The notes beneath the pieces are model-generated. The model had not been told where the DNA came from, made no database searches, and worked only from the letters and a program-made list of their open reading frames with translations. Of a DNA stretch of 64,000 nucleotides, positions 1 to 11,019 are shown in pieces. Position 1 is the first letter of the stretch. Every line of letters starts with the position of its first letter. The position numbers and the translations under genes were made by a program. The DNA comes from Blastocatellia bacterium (GTDB taxonomy: Bacteria > Acidobacteriota > Blastocatellia > UBA7656 > JADIYM01): the NCBI GenBank assembly GCA_016705245.1, contig JADIYM010000004.1, positions 175,167 through 239,166 of the forward strand. Reading direction: 5' to 3'.

Positions 1-55
1 GCGGAGGAGCCGCAGCAGCCGCAGCTCCCCGCCGCTACACCGGCGAAGTGACTGC

Positions 56-466
56 GTGAGCGATCAGACTTCGGTCGAGGCTACGACGCCGTACGATCAG
101 TTCGGGGGCGCGGATGCTGTCCGCGCCCTCGTTGATCGCTTCTACGACCTGATGGATTCGGATCCGGCGTATGCCGGCATCCGGTCTCTCCACGCGGCGA
201 GCCTCTCCGGCTCTCGAGAGAAGCTCCACCTATTCCTCTGCGGATGGCTCGGCGGGCCGCCGCTGTACGTCGAGCGGTACGGACATCCGAGATTGCGCGC
301 GCGGCACCTTCCGTTTCCGATCGGGGTCAGTGAACGCGATCAGTGGTTATCGTGCATGAAGCGCGCGCTGGCCGATGCGGACATCGACGACGCGTTGCGG
401 CGCCACCTGGAAGGCGCGTTCGCCCGCACTGCGGATCACATGCGGAACGCCGACATCCAGGGCTGA
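56..466 (+). CDS. glbO: group II truncated hemoglobin (2/2 Hb, GlbO-like)
   Basis: 136-aa ORF with GTG start. Motifs YDQFGG..VRALVDRFY..LHLFLCGWLGGP..RHLPFPIG..RDQWLSCM are typical of trHbO globins. Confidence 0.8.
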   Translation: MSDQTSVEATTPYDQFGGADAVRALVDRFYDLMDSDPAYAGIRSLHAASLSGSREKLHLFLCGWLGGPPLYVERYGHPRLRARHLPFPIGVSERDQWLSCMKRALADADIDDALRRHLEGAFARTADHMRNADIQG

Positions 467-480
467 TCCCGAGTAGACCT

Positions 481-550
481 CTGCGCCTTTGCGCCTTTGC
501 GTGAACCTCTCTGGAGTCGTGAAGAGTGTCGCGCAAAGGCGCAAAGGTGC
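481..550. repeat. imperfect hairpin, arms of tandem cctttgcg units (hairpin family copy A); candidate bidirectional terminator between convergent glbO and pntB
   Basis: gcgcctttgcgcctttgcg ... cgcaaaggcgcaaagg inverted repeat read directly, lying between two convergent stop codons. Confidence 0.6.
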
Positions 551-587
551 CAAGAAAAGCGGGCAACAGGTCAGGGTCGGTCGTTGC

Positions 588-1964
588 TCAGCCCTTGAAC
601 TGACTCACCACCGCCTGAATGCTCGCCTTCGCGTCTCCGAACAGCATCCGGACGTTCTGCTTGAAGAAAAGAGGGTTCTCGAGCCCCGCGAACCCGGCCG
701 CCATCGAGCGCTTCAGGACGTACACCGTTCTGGCGTGGTCGACGTTGATGATCGGCATCCCGTAGATCGGACTCGTTTCGTCATCGCGCGCCGAGGGGTT
801 CACCACGTCGTTCGCGCCGATGACGACCGCAAGATCGACGGTCGGCATTATCGGATTGATGTCGTCCATCTCGACGAGCTGCTCGTAAGGCACATCGGCC
901 TCGGCCAACAGCACGTTCATGTGACCCGGCATTCGCCCGGCAACCGGGTGGATCGCGAAGCGCACCTCGCAGCCATTCGCCTCGAGCAGCATGCCGAGCT
1001 CCTTGACCGTATGCTGCGCCTGCGCGACGGCCATTCCGTATCCCGGCACAAACACGACGGACCGCGCCGACTCGAAAACGTAGAACGCATCCTCGGCCGT
1101 AACAGCGGAAACCTCTCCACCTGCGCCCGATGCCGCTCCGGCAGTCGGCGCTGCGCCAAACCCGCTGAACAAAACGTGCCCGAGCGACCGGTTCATCGCC
1201 TTGCACATGATCTGCGTCAGGATGATCCCGCTTGCCCCGACCAGACTGCCGCTCACGATGAGCACCTTGTTGAGGATCACGAACCCCGCCGCCGCCGCGG
1301 CAAGGCCCGAGTAGCTGTTCAGCAGCGATATCACGACAGGCATGTCGGCTCCGCCGATCGGTATGACCGACATTACGCCCAGGACGAGTGAGAGCACGAT
1401 CGCGGCTATGACGTATGGATACGCGTTCACCGGATCGACGCACACGAGCACGCCGAGAACGACGAGAGCCGCCACGAGGAACCCGTTGGCGATCTGCTGA
1501 CCACGGAAGAGGAACGGCTTCCCCGACAGCACCGTTTCCGCCAGCTTGGAATACGCAACCACGCTTCCAGTGAACGTGACGGCGCCAATGAGCACCGCCA
1601 GATAGATCGCCACCATCGTCCCGACCGGGCTGTCGGGGTGTCGATGGTATTCAACCCAGCCGACGAGCAGGCTCGCCAGTCCTCCGAGGCCGTTGAACAG
1701 CGCGACCATCTCGGGCATCGACGTCATCTTGACCTTGTAGGCCGACACGGCCCCGATGGCCGAACCGATGACGACGCCAACCGCGATCCACTCGAACGAG
1801 ATCCCCTTGACGAGCAGCGTCGCAACGACGGCAATGAGCATGCCGACCGCCGACAGGCCGTTGCCCTTTCGAGCCGTCTCGGGCGAGTTCATCATCTTGA
1901 GACCGACGATGAACAGCACGCTCGCGACGATATAGCCCCAATCGATGATCGTCTCGAAACTCAT
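588..1964 (-). CDS. pntB: NAD(P) transhydrogenase subunit beta
   Basis: 458-aa ORF with a multi-TM N-terminus and a C-terminal NADP(H)-binding domain (GYGMAVAQAQH...GANDVVNP). Stop overlaps the upstream pntA alpha-2 gene. Confidence 0.9.
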   Translation of the reverse strand: MSFETIIDWGYIVASVLFIVGLKMMNSPETARKGNGLSAVGMLIAVVATLLVKGISFEWIAVGVVIGSAIGAVSAYKVKMTSMPEMVALFNGLGGLASLLVGWVEYHRHPDSPVGTMVAIYLAVLIGAVTFTGSVVAYSKLAETVLSGKPFLFRGQQIANGFLVAALVVLGVLVCVDPVNAYPYVIAAIVLSLVLGVMSVIPIGGADMPVVISLLNSYSGLAAAAAGFVILNKVLIVSGSLVGASGIILTQIMCKAMNRSLGHVLFSGFGAAPTAGAASGAGGEVSAVTAEDAFYVFESARSVVFVPGYGMAVAQAQHTVKELGMLLEANGCEVRFAIHPVAGRMPGHMNVLLAEADVPYEQLVEMDDINPIMPTVDLAVVIGANDVVNPSARDDETSPIYGMPIINVDHARTVYVLKRSMAAGFAGLENPLFFKQNVRMLFGDAKASIQAVVSQFKG

Positions 1965-2248
1965 CGACGTCCGCTCCCGCCTCTCTTGTGGAACATCGCC
2001 AGCATCCGGTCGGTCACCAGGTAGCCGCCGACGACGTTGACAGTAGCCGCTGCGACGGCGACGACGGCCATCACCGTTGCGAACGTCGAAGGCTCTCCCG
2101 CGGTGGCTAGCAGCGCCCCCACGATCGTGATTCCCGATATCGCGTTCGAGCCCGACATGAGCGGAGTGTGAAGCTGCGACGGGACCTTCGCGATCAGTTC
2201 GACTCCAAGGAAAATCGAGATCACGAATATGAAGATGAGCATTGTCAC
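1961..2248 (-). CDS. pntAB: NAD(P) transhydrogenase subunit alpha part 2 (membrane)
   Basis: 95-aa hydrophobic protein (LMSGSNAISGITIVGALLATAG) between pntAA and pntB, in the usual three-gene arrangement. Confidence 0.85.
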   Translation of the reverse strand: MTMLIFIFVISIFLGVELIAKVPSQLHTPLMSGSNAISGITIVGALLATAGEPSTFATVMAVVAVAAATVNVVGGYLVTDRMLAMFHKRGGSGRR

Positions 2249-2260
2249 GGTTCTGTCCCC

Positions 2261-3385
2261 CTACTCGCGAAACCGCTCGTGGACGATGCGGCCCCCGTGA
2301 GTGACGAGACAGCCGCGGACGATTTCGTCTTCGAGGTCGAGCCGCAGCCTGTTCGCCTCACGATCCCAGAAGTGCTCGACGAAGTTCACGACGTTCGCGG
2401 CATACATCTGACTCGCGTGGGCCGCCACCCGCCCAGAGAATCCGCGATGTCCGACGAGTCGAACTCCCTCGACGATCGTTTCCTCGTCGGCGACGATTCC
2501 CTCGACGTTTCCGCCGGAGTCGACGCTCAGGTCGACCACGATCGAACCGGGACGCATCCGGCGGATCATCTCAGAGGTCACGAGGATCGGCGCCTTTCGG
2601 CCGAATACCTGCGCCGCGGCAATGACGATGTCGGACTCGGCGCACTTCGCGGCCATGACTTCTCGCTGCTTCGCGAGTTGCTCGTCGGTGAGTTCGCGGG
2701 CGTAACCCTGTGCGGTCTCGCCAGTCTCGCCCAGGTCGACGCGCACGAACCTGGCTCCAAGCGACCTGACCTGCTCCTCTACCGCTGGCCTCGTATCAAA
2801 TGCCTCGACGCGCGCGCCGAGCCGCCTCGCCGTCGCGATCGCCTGCAGCCCAGCCACACCCACGCCCATCACGAAGACGCGCGCCGGCTGAATCGTGCCC
2901 GCCGGCGTCATCATCATCGGCAATATCCGGTCGAGTCGCTCCGCCGCCAGCACGACGGCCGCGTAACCCGCGAGATTCGCCTGCGAGCTCATGGCGTCCA
3001 TCTTCTGTGCGAGCGTCGTCCGCGGGATCATCTCCATGCTGACTGAAGAGACGTTCTGTTCCGCAAAGGACCGTGTGAGCTCCGCGTCATTGAATGGGTC
3101 CGTGAAGCTGATGTGCACGGACCCGCTCGAGAGTTTTGCGACGTCGGCGACGGCGGGTTTGTTGAGCCGCACGACGAGATCGGCTCTTCCATCCGGGGCG
3201 GCAGTGTCATCCGTCAGCGAAGCACCCGCGGCTTCGAACTCAGAATCCGGAACACGAAGCGCCTCTCCAGCACCGGTCTCGACCGACACGCTTGCGCCGA
3301 GCTTGACGAGCCGTTTCACGGCATCCGGTACGACGGCAACACGGGCGTCGCCGGCTCGAGTCTCTTTCGGGAAGTGAATGTGCAT
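2261..3385 (-). CDS. pntAA: NAD(P) transhydrogenase subunit alpha part 1 (alanine dehydrogenase-like dI domain)
   Basis: The ORF runs to 3436. The likely start is MHIHFPKE at 3385. Rossmann motif VMGVGVAGLQAIATARRLGARVEAFD is present. Confidence 0.85.
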   Translation of the reverse strand: MHIHFPKETRAGDARVAVVPDAVKRLVKLGASVSVETGAGEALRVPDSEFEAAGASLTDDTAAPDGRADLVVRLNKPAVADVAKLSSGSVHISFTDPFNDAELTRSFAEQNVSSVSMEMIPRTTLAQKMDAMSSQANLAGYAAVVLAAERLDRILPMMMTPAGTIQPARVFVMGVGVAGLQAIATARRLGARVEAFDTRPAVEEQVRSLGARFVRVDLGETGETAQGYARELTDEQLAKQREVMAAKCAESDIVIAAAQVFGRKAPILVTSEMIRRMRPGSIVVDLSVDSGGNVEGIVADEETIVEGVRLVGHRGFSGRVAAHASQMYAANVVNFVEHFWDREANRLRLDLEDEIVRGCLVTHGGRIVHERFRE

Positions 3386-3453
3386 GCTGAGCTGGTCTTG
3401 CCGCGACATCTTCGGCAATTCCTGACGCGCGAGCAACTCCGAACCGTGCGGTC

Positions 3454-3717
3454 ATGTACAATCCGGCAACGCGATCGACTATCCCAGGGAGTATCACGGT
3501 GGAAATCGACTTTGACGACATCCGGCATCTGATACCGCCGTTCGTGTTCAACGAGTACGGGCAGATCACCGGAAACTTCGTTCGTCGGGACGAAATCGTC
3601 TGCGTTCACGAGGACGGACGGGTGCAGGTGTGGTTGAACCGCGCGCTGTACGAAGAGCGCGACTCGAACGGGCTCATCGTGGACTATGACGAGCGGCGAC
3701 TCTTTCCGGAAACTTGA
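3454..3717 (+). CDS. hypothetical small protein
   Basis: 87-aa ORF in a short intergenic slot. No recognisable motif. Confidence 0.35.
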   Translation: MYNPATRSTIPGSITVEIDFDDIRHLIPPFVFNEYGQITGNFVRRDEIVCVHEDGRVQVWLNRALYEERDSNGLIVDYDERRLFPET

Positions 3718-3740
3718 GGGACCCAGGGCAAGGAGGAGCG

Positions 3741-4058
3741 ATGAGCTGGCTGCTTTTGGCGATTGCGGGATTGTTCGAGGTCGGGTGGGCTGTCGGAATG
3801 AAATACTCGGAGGGGTTCACGCGTCCAGTGCCGACGGCCCTCACCGTCGTCGCCCTCATCATCAGCATGGTGTTGCTGGCTCTCGCCGTCCGCGACTTGC
3901 CGGTTGGCACGGCTTACGCCGTATGGACGGGCATCGGCGCCGCGGGGACGGCGATCCTGGGTATGTGGCTATTCGACGAGTCACGCGATCCCGTCCGGCT
4001 CATCTGCCTCTCGCTCGTCGTCGTCGGCGTCCTCGGGCTTAAATTCGCAGCAGATTAG
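3741..4058 (+). CDS. sugE: SMR-family small multidrug/guanidinium exporter (SugE/Gdx-like)
   Basis: About 105-aa four-TM protein (MSWLLLAIAGLFEVGWAVGMKYSEGF ... AYAVWTGIGAAGTAILG), typical of SMR proteins. Confidence 0.75.
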   Translation: MSWLLLAIAGLFEVGWAVGMKYSEGFTRPVPTALTVVALIISMVLLALAVRDLPVGTAYAVWTGIGAAGTAILGMWLFDESRDPVRLICLSLVVVGVLGLKFAAD

Positions 4059-4059
4059 G

Positions 4060-4140
4060 AGTTGACAGGATTACAGGATTCTCAGGATTGACAGGATTCT
4101 CTGCGCTTTTTCCATCCTGATAATCCTGTAATCCTGTCTA
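4060..4140. repeat. nested palindrome built from caggatt heptamers (hairpin family copy F); candidate bidirectional terminator between sugE and cls
   Basis: gacaggattacaggatt ... aatcctgtaatcctgtc is a perfect 17-bp inverted repeat. Inner tcaggattgacaggatt / atcctga copies and a gcgcttttt centre are also visible. Confidence 0.6.
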
Positions 4141-4151
4141 TTCTCCGATTC

Positions 4152-5651
4152 TTACGCACCTTCATCCTCGTCGCCGTCGTCCTCCGCCGTCATTGGCACC
4201 TTGCGCTCTGACTTGCCCCCGGTCCACCACAGTCGAGCCGCCTTCGCCACGAGCGAGAGCGCAATCCATCCGGCCATCACGGCAATAGGAACCGTCACGA
4301 CGCGCGGCCACAACAACCCGACGGTGGTGAGCGCCGCCAGCACGGCCGACGCAATGAACATCGGCCTCGCCTCCGCCGCTCCGAGCGTCCGGTGATTCGT
4401 GATTGCAGCACCGACGGCATTTCCGATTCCGATGGCTCCTGCGGCCGCGCGCCCGGCGCTACCCCGGCCGATCGGACGTACGCGGCCGAGTCGCTGGCGC
4501 GGACGGATCGGACGCACCCGGTGCTTATGGCTCAGGACGATCTCAGTCGCGTTCTCGAGATCATCCAGGTACATCTCCTCCATCGCCGCCGCAAACTCGG
4601 CCTCCGCGACGACGACGTCCAGCTCCCAGTTTCCGACCCAACTCGCAAGGTTCAGGTTCGTCGACCCGACCCGCGCGTATATGCCGTCCGAGACGGCTGT
4701 TTTCGCGTGCAGCATCGGCCCGTTCCACTCGAAGACCCGCACGCCGGCTTCCAGCAGAGTTCGATAGCCCGTCCTCGAAATCGCTCCGACTAACGGGACG
4801 TCGCTCGCCCTCGGTACCAGCAGACGCACGTCCACTCCGTCGAGCGAGGCCGAGCGCAGCGCCTGAATGTAGCTCGTCGTCCCGACGAAATACGCGTCCG
4901 TCAGCCACAGCGACTCACGAGCGCTGGCAGCGACGATCTGATCTAGCCGGTACAGCCCTCCCATCGCCGGCATGCTCGGGACCACCCGCATGCGGACGTC
5001 GCCCGCAACGGGAATGTCGGCGCGCGCGGGAATCTCGCTCCCTGGAAGCTCGGACCCGGTCGCGTGCCACGTTTGCGCAAAGGCGCGAACGATGTCCGCA
5101 ACAGCCGGCCCCTTCACTACGACGCCCGTGTCGCGCCAGGGATCGATGCCTCGCTCCGGGTATCCCACCCAGCGCTCTCCGACGCACAGGCCCGTGACGA
5201 ATCCGATTCGATTGTCGACGGCGATCATCTTGCGATGATCACGCTCGATCCACCCGATAGGACTGTCGAAGCGCGGTGGATTGAAGCATCGGACCTCGAC
5301 GCCGGCCGCGCGCATCGTTCGCCAGAGTCTCCGTGACGAGCTGCCGATCGCTCCGACCCAGTCGTAAATGACGCGGACCCGGACCCCTGATCGGGCCTTT
5401 TCAGCCATGAGCTCGGCAAACTGCCGGCCGACCGAATCGTCGTGGATGATATAGCTCTCGAAGAGGATCGATGATTCGGCCCCGCCGATGGCCTCGAGCC
5501 ACTCGGGGTAGTTTTCGTCGGCATCCTTGAGGATCCGGACTTCGTTCCCTTCGACGAGATCCGACCCGGTGATCCGCGTGAAAGCCCGCTCGGCCAGCGA
5601 GTCGAGCAATCCCTGGCCCCTGCGTTGCTCGAGCGCCGACTCTCTCGTCAT
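4152..5651 (-). CDS. cls: cardiolipin synthase (PLD superfamily, two HKD motifs)
   Basis: 499-aa ORF with HRKMIAVD and [12 protein letters not shown] motifs. TM helices at the C-terminus. Confidence 0.85.
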   Translation of the reverse strand: MTRESALEQRRGQGLLDSLAERAFTRITGSDLVEGNEVRILKDADENYPEWLEAIGGAESSILFESYIIHDDSVGRQFAELMAEKARSGVRVRVIYDWVGAIGSSSRRLWRTMRAAGVEVRCFNPPRFDSPIGWIERDHRKMIAVDNRIGFVTGLCVGERWVGYPERGIDPWRDTGVVVKGPAVADIVRAFAQTWHATGSELPGSEIPARADIPVAGDVRMRVVPSMPAMGGLYRLDQIVAASARESLWLTDAYFVGTTSYIQALRSASLDGVDVRLLVPRASDVPLVGAISRTGYRTLLEAGVRVFEWNGPMLHAKTAVSDGIYARVGSTNLNLASWVGNWELDVVVAEAEFAAAMEEMYLDDLENATEIVLSHKHRVRPIRPRQRLGRVRPIGRGSAGRAAAGAIGIGNAVGAAITNHRTLGAAEARPMFIASAVLAALTTVGLLWPRVVTVPIAVMAGWIALSLVAKAARLWWTGGKSERKVPMTAEDDGDEDEGA

Positions 5652-7701
5652 GCGTCACGTATTGGCCCGGCGAGAACGATGGCAATCGTCCGAAGCAACC
5701 GGTCAGAGCCGCGGTTTCGACCGCGTAGCCGTATTCTTCGAGCGTCCGTCTCGTCACGTCGCGAACAGGCGACTCGTCGTCGACGACGAGAATCCGTTCG
5801 CCAGTGCCCCGCGGCAACGGTTCGTCACGGACGGCCGTCGACTTGATCGCCACGTCGGCAGCCGGAATGTAGACGCGGAACGTGGTTCCCCGCCCGGGCT
5901 CGCTGTAGACGTTTATGAACCCCTCGTGGCCCTTCACGATACCGATGACCGTAGACAGGCCGATTCCCGTCCCCTTTCCCTGCTCCTTCGTCGTGAAGAA
6001 CGGATCGAAGATCTTCCCGATGATGTTCTCCGGAATTCCGACGCCCGTGTCTTCGACCGAGATGGAAACGAATCGGCCCGGCCGGGAATCGATGTTCATT
6101 CGCGAGTAGTTCTCGTCGACCGTCACGTTCGCCGCCGACACGATGAGCCGTCCGCCGTGCGGCATCGCATCGCGCGCGTTGACGCTCAGGTTCATGAGGA
6201 TCTGGTAGAGCTGCGTCGGGTCGCCCCGCACCGTCCAGAGATCCGAACCGATCGACTGCGATATCTCGATCGACTTGGGAAGCGTGTCCCGGAGGATCTT
6301 CACAGCCTCCTTCACAATGTGCTTTGGCTGGAGAACCAGGCGCTCGCCAGACGCGCCGCGCGCGAACGTGAGCACCTGATTCACCATTTCCGAGCCGCGC
6401 TGTGCGCTTGCCTCGAGCGTTTCGAGAAGCTCGAGCGACGAAGCGTCGGCCGTCCGCGTCTGCAGCAGCTGGATGGACATCAGGATCGGCGAAAGTACGT
6501 TGTTCAGATCGTGCGCGATGCCGCCGGCGAGCGTGCCAATGCTTTCCATACGCTGCGCGCGCAGGAACTGAGCCTCGAGCCGCTTCTTTTCAGTCAGGTC
6601 CACCATCGCCGTCAGAATGCACTGCTCGCCTCCGACGTCGATCACCTCCGCGGACGCCAGGACAGTCCGTATCACGCCCTGCCGGTTGCGAAGTCGCGTC
6701 TCGTAGTTCTGGATCGACCCCTCGGCCTTCAGCCTCGTGACGTATTCGCTGCGCATTTCAGGTTCGGTCCAGATTCCGATGTCGCCCGAGTTCTTTCCGA
6801 TGACTTCCTCACGCGTCGCCCCGACGAGCTGCAGAAAGCAATCGTTCACGTTGATGAAAGTTCCGCTGTGCAACTGCGTGATCGCCATCGGATGCGGGCT
6901 TCCGTCAAACGCTCGGGCAAACCGCTCTTCGGACCGAATAAGTTCCTCTTCGTACGCCTTGCGACCACTGATGTCGTAACGGATCGCGACGAAGCGGAAC
7001 GGTTCTCCGTTGCCATCGAGACTCGGGACGATCGTCGTGTCGACCCAATAGAAGCTGCCGTCCTTCGCACGATTGCGGATATCGTCGCGCCAGATCTTTC
7101 CCGAGAGAATCGTCTGCCACATCTCGCGAAAGAACTCTTTCGAGTGGTGACCACTGTTGATGATCCGGTGGTCCTGGCCGATCAGCTCGGCCTCCGAGTA
7201 CTTCGAGATTTTGCAGAATTTGTCGTTTACGAAGAGGATCTGGCCGCGGCGGTCGGTCATTGCAACGATCGCGGAAGCATCAAGCGCTCGGTTGATCTCG
7301 CTCAGCTCGAGCTCCGAGGCCTCGAGGGCGAGTCCCTTCGACAACAGCTCGGACGCATCGCGCGCAATGAGCACACGACCGGCGCCGTCGATGTCCTCCG
7401 ACACTGCGACGTCGCACTCGACGGTCCCGCCGCGAGACTGGAGAAACGTGATCGGACGCCGCGACCGGGTACCCGGCGCGGGAAGCACCGATGCATCGCT
7501 TTCGCGCAGAAGGCGAGCCACGGGACGGCCGACAATCGTGGCTCTACGCCGGCCGAGGAGCCGCACCGCAGCAGGATTGGCGTCGACGACGATGCCATCG
7601 CGGTCCAGAACGAGCACCGCGTCGAACGAGAGCCCGAAGACAGCCTGAAAAGGCGTAGCCGTCGTCGCTGTAATCGTCGCAGACGGAGCTGCCGGCTTCA
7701 T
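5401..7701 (-). CDS. PAS-domain hybrid sensor histidine kinase (3 PAS, HisKA, HATPase_c) ending in a truncated receiver stub
   Basis: Likely start MKPAAPS at 7701. H-box [11 protein letters not shown] and N/G boxes present. The REC start [29 protein letters not shown] is lost after about 30 aa. The ORF then runs without a stop to 5401, overlapping cls in another frame. Confidence 0.7.
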   Translation of the reverse strand: MKPAAPSATITATTATPFQAVFGLSFDAVLVLDRDGIVVDANPAAVRLLGRRRATIVGRPVARLLRESDASVLPAPGTRSRRPITFLQSRGGTVECDVAVSEDIDGAGRVLIARDASELLSKGLALEASELELSEINRALDASAIVAMTDRRGQILFVNDKFCKISKYSEAELIGQDHRIINSGHHSKEFFREMWQTILSGKIWRDDIRNRAKDGSFYWVDTTIVPSLDGNGEPFRFVAIRYDISGRKAYEEELIRSEERFARAFDGSPHPMAITQLHSGTFINVNDCFLQLVGATREEVIGKNSGDIGIWTEPEMRSEYVTRLKAEGSIQNYETRLRNRQGVIRTVLASAEVIDVGGEQCILTAMVDLTEKKRLEAQFLRAQRMESIGTLAGGIAHDLNNVLSPILMSIQLLQTRTADASSLELLETLEASAQRGSEMVNQVLTFARGASGERLVLQPKHIVKEAVKILRDTLPKSIEISQSIGSDLWTVRGDPTQLYQILMNLSVNARDAMPHGGRLIVSAANVTVDENYSRMNIDSRPGRFVSISVEDTGVGIPENIIGKIFDPFFTTKEQGKGTGIGLSTVIGIVKGHEGFINVYSEPGRGTTFRVYIPAADVAIKSTAVRDEPLPRGTGERILVVDDESPVRDVTRRTLEEYGYAVETAALTGCFGRLPSFSPGQYVTHDERVGARATQGPGIARLAGRAGFHADHRVGSRRRERSPDPQGCRRKLPRVARGHRRGRIIDPLRELYHPRRFGRPAVCRAHG

Positions 7702-7714
7702 CGCTGCCCTCGGA

Positions 7715-8863
7715 TCATTTGGCAACTCCGTGACGGGTAAAATCGACCAGGTCGGGATCACGCTTCTCGAGCAGTTCCTCGAAGACCTCCCAACCCTTCT
7801 TCTCGACGAACTTCGCCTCGGCATAGGTCACCGGAACGAGCCACACGACGGCGGTTGCGGGATCGGATCCGCGCCAGACCGCAAGCTTCTCGTCGTGATA
7901 CACGGGGTAGGTGGCGTAGAGCGCGACGAGCCTGGACCCAGGCGCGATCGGCTCGTCGAGAGACAGAACCGCGCCGCGCATCAGGCCAAAACTGCTTTCG
8001 AGGATCTGCTGCGCCGCCCACCTCAATAGACCTGCCGCGTCGAACGACTTGTCACAGCAGAGCAACAGCTCCTGCCGCGTGTCGCCCTCGTCGAAGCGCC
8101 GAAGCGCGCCGGCAGCCAATCCCCGCGTAACGAACGTCGACGTGCCCTCGAACGGCTGGTCATCGAATCGCAGAACGTCGACCGAACCTTCGCTCGCACT
8201 GACGTCTCCTGACGCGTCGATGCCAGCAGGCGGGCCGAGCGACTCCTCGAGAAAGGCGTCGAACGTCGTGGCGCACTCCGCTGGACCGAGGCCTTCCCAC
8301 GTACCGTCGAGGTCGTCTTCGTCGAGGAACTCGATGTCGTCACCAAGCGCCCGCTCGTAGGCATCCGCCGCGTCCTGCGAGTAGCAGACGAACACGACGC
8401 GGTCGATGCCTTCGACATGGCTGAGGTATCCGCATACGGTTTCGAGGGCGACACCGGCGGCCTCTTCGATCGGATAGCCGTAGACGCCCGTGCTGATTGC
8501 CGGAAATGCAATCGACCTGGCACCGAGCTCGATGGCCAGCTCGAGACTCCGGCGGTAACAGGAGGCCAGCAATTCGGCCTCGCCAGCCGTCCCGCCTCGC
8601 CACACTGGTCCGACCGTGTGTATGACGTGCTTCGCGGGCAGCGCGTATCCGCGCGTGGCTTTCGCGTCGCCGGTGGCGCAGCCGCCAAGCGTGCGACACT
8701 CCGCGAGAAGGTCAGGACCCGCCGCGCGATGGATCGCGCCGTCGACGCCTCCGCCTCCTAGCAGCGATTCATTGGCTGCATTGACGATCGCATCGACGTC
8801 GAACGTCGTGATGTCGCCAACAGCGATTTCCAGACTTACCGAGGATTCGGGCGATTCGCTCAT
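7715..8863 (-). CDS. macro-domain (ADP-ribose/O-acetyl-ADP-ribose hydrolase-like) protein fused to a C-terminal domain of about 210 aa, possibly SUFU-like
   Basis: N-terminal motifs [25 protein letters not shown] and [13 protein letters not shown] are classic macro-domain motifs. The C-terminal half (VTRGLAAG ... [26 protein letters not shown]) has no macro motif. Confidence 0.7.
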   Translation of the reverse strand: MSESPESSVSLEIAVGDITTFDVDAIVNAANESLLGGGGVDGAIHRAAGPDLLAECRTLGGCATGDAKATRGYALPAKHVIHTVGPVWRGGTAGEAELLASCYRRSLELAIELGARSIAFPAISTGVYGYPIEEAAGVALETVCGYLSHVEGIDRVVFVCYSQDAADAYERALGDDIEFLDEDDLDGTWEGLGPAECATTFDAFLEESLGPPAGIDASGDVSASEGSVDVLRFDDQPFEGTSTFVTRGLAAGALRRFDEGDTRQELLLCCDKSFDAAGLLRWAAQQILESSFGLMRGAVLSLDEPIAPGSRLVALYATYPVYHDEKLAVWRGSDPATAVVWLVPVTYAEAKFVEKKGWEVFEELLEKRDPDLVDFTRHGVAK

Positions 8864-8914
8864 TCCAACAAACTATGCACGCGGAATCGCGAACTGCATA
8901 GGGCAGGCTCTCGT

Positions 8915-9022
8915 TGCTCTTTTGCGTCTTTGCGTCTTCCTCTGCGCCTTTGCGAGAACTTCTTTCTACGGATTGGAGAATTTCTCGCAAAGGCGCAGAG
9001 GAAGACGCAAGGCGCAAGATGA
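8915..9022. repeat. long imperfect hairpin (hairpin family copy B) in the divergent macro-gene / permease intergenic region
   Basis: tttgcgtctttgcgtcttcctctgcgcctttgcgagaa ... ttctcgcaaaggcgcagaggaagacgcaaggcgcaaga. Core is homologous to copy C at 32110. Confidence 0.6.
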
Positions 9023-9233
9023 GCAGTGAGCCGGCTCGAGGCACGGCAGGGATCCGTAGTTCGCGCCGGGACCTTGATCGAAAGTGACCCACTACCCTCG
9101 GCACGCGCTGCTTGACACGCTGATCCGAACAATCGTCTGATGGAGCGATTTCTTCGCTCGACAGCGCCTTCCTCGAGGTTCCCACGGTGACCCGTCTCGC
9201 AGCCGTCCAACGCCGGTTGATCAACGTGAGCCG

Positions 9234-10550
9234 ATGACGGCAGCGCCCGAGTCACTTCGTCGAGACCTGACGCGCACTGGCATTGCGTTGCTCGTCGTCA
9301 ACGGCATCATCGGCGCCGGAATCTTCGGCCTTCCGTCCGAGGCGGCGCGTCTCGTCGGCACCTTCAGCCCGTGGCTCTTTGTCATCTGCGGCATCATCAT
9401 GGCGACCGTGATGCTGTCCTTTGCTCAGGCCGCGAGCTATTTCGATGCGACGGGCGGCCCGATTCTCTACACGTGGACGGCATTCGGACCCTTCATCGGC
9501 TTTCAGACCGGTTGGATTCTCTATGTCGGCCGGGCAACGAGCATCGCCGCGAACGTCAACCTGCTCGCCACCTATCTTGGCAGTCTGATCCCGGGCGCCG
9601 ACGTCGGCCCGGGACGCCTCACGGTCATCGTCCTCACGGTCGTCGTCTTTACCTGGATCAATTTCGTCGGCGTTAAGTCGAGCGTCGGAGCTATCGCGGC
9701 AATCACGATCGTCAAACTCGCCCCGCTTGCCGTCCTCGTCCTCGTCGGTATCACCTGGATTCGGGGCGATGCCGTGGTACCGGAAGGTCTTCCGGGTTAT
9801 GCGAACTTCGGAGAGGCGATGCTGCTGGTCGTCTACGCCTTCATCGGATTCGAAGGAGCGCTGATCCCCGCCGGCGAAACGCGCCATCCCGAGCGGTCGA
9901 TACCGATTGCGCTTCTGGCTACGGGCCTGATCACGACGGTGTTCTACGTACTCGTCCAGTCGGTGGTCGCGAGCGTCCTTCCAGACCTCGGTACGTCGAA
10001 GCGACCGCTTGCCGATGCGGCCGGAGTGATCTTCGGGACCGTCGGCGTCCTGGTCATCACCGCTACCGCCGCGGTCTCGATCCTGGGAAACACCGCGGCA
10101 TCGATGCTGACCGCGCCGCGCATGACTTACACGATGGCACGGTTCGGAACGCTGCCGACTCCTCTTGCCAGAGTCCACGATCGGTACCTCACGCCGCACT
10201 TGTCGATCCTGCTCTACGGCGCGCTGTCGCTCGGGCTGGCGCTGTCAGGCACCTTCGCCTGGCTTGCGGGTATGAGCTCGCTCGCGCGCATCCTCGGCTA
10301 CATCCTCTGCATTGCCTCGCTGCCGCGCCTGAAGGCCCGATTTGGCGACCGGCCCGGCGCCCTTCGACTGCCGGGCGGCATGACCATTCCCGTGATCGCG
10401 CTGCTCGTTTGCGCGTGGCTGGTCATGCAGACCAAGCTCGACGCGGTGCTCGTGACGGCGGGCTTCATCGGCGGGGGAATACTTCTGTATGGATTCTCGA
10501 AGCGGGGAGGCCGGACCGAGCCCGCCGAGCACGCGGACGCTTCGACGTGA
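9234..10550 (+). CDS. APC-family amino acid permease
   Basis: 438 aa, 12 predicted TM segments. N-terminal motif [11 protein letters not shown] is typical of amino acid/polyamine transporters. Confidence 0.8.
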   Translation: MTAAPESLRRDLTRTGIALLVVNGIIGAGIFGLPSEAARLVGTFSPWLFVICGIIMATVMLSFAQAASYFDATGGPILYTWTAFGPFIGFQTGWILYVGRATSIAANVNLLATYLGSLIPGADVGPGRLTVIVLTVVVFTWINFVGVKSSVGAIAAITIVKLAPLAVLVLVGITWIRGDAVVPEGLPGYANFGEAMLLVVYAFIGFEGALIPAGETRHPERSIPIALLATGLITTVFYVLVQSVVASVLPDLGTSKRPLADAAGVIFGTVGVLVITATAAVSILGNTAASMLTAPRMTYTMARFGTLPTPLARVHDRYLTPHLSILLYGALSLGLALSGTFAWLAGMSSLARILGYILCIASLPRLKARFGDRPGALRLPGGMTIPVIALLVCAWLVMQTKLDAVLVTAGFIGGGILLYGFSKRGGRTEPAEHADAST

Positions 10551-10617
10551 GCACCGTTCGGTGCTACACAATCGAGCCTCGCACAGATTTCAATACCGGG
10601 AGGGTGAAACCGTGGGA

Positions 10618-11007
10618 ATGATCGGCGAATTCAAGGAGTTCATCAGTAAGGGCAATGTGCTCGACCTTGCAGTCGGAGTTGTCATCGGAAGCGCGTTCGG
10701 CAAGGTGACGTCGTCGTTCGTTGCGGATGTCCTGACGCCGCCGCTGGGGCTCGTGCTCGGCGGCGTCGACTTCAAGGCCCTGAAGATCGCAATTGGCGGA
10801 TCGGCCGAGGCGCCCGTCACGATCAACTATGGCGTGTTCGTCCAGAGCCTGGTCGATTTCGTGATCATCGCGTTTGCGATCTTCCTCGTCGTCAAGGCTG
10901 CGAACGCTCTTCGACGGACGAAGGACGAAGCTCCGGCGGCGCCAGCTGCCGAGGAGGTTCTTCTTATCGAGATACGCGACATACTCAAAACGCAGAAGGC
11001 GTCTTGA
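10618..11007 (+). CDS. mscL: large-conductance mechanosensitive channel
   Basis: [28 protein letters not shown] is a canonical MscL N-terminus. The ORF's upstream extension from 10489 was rejected. Confidence 0.9.
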   Translation: MIGEFKEFISKGNVLDLAVGVVIGSAFGKVTSSFVADVLTPPLGLVLGGVDFKALKIAIGGSAEAPVTINYGVFVQSLVDFVIIAFAIFLVVKAANALRRTKDEAPAAPAAEEVLLIEIRDILKTQKAS

Positions 11008-11019
11008 AGCGCCGGTGAA

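Noticed and set aside
489-1391. 300-aa plus-strand ORF antisense to pntB, and similar long antisense ORFs (5527-7740, 24305-25351, 47651-48592, 15161-15886)
   Set aside because: Typical high-GC antisense open frames with Arg/Pro/Gly-rich low-complexity translations. The opposite strand carries well-conserved proteins.
8860-9255. 131-aa minus-strand ORF in the macro-gene / permease intergenic region
   Set aside because: It spans hairpin copy B and gives a palindrome-derived translation. There is no support for coding.
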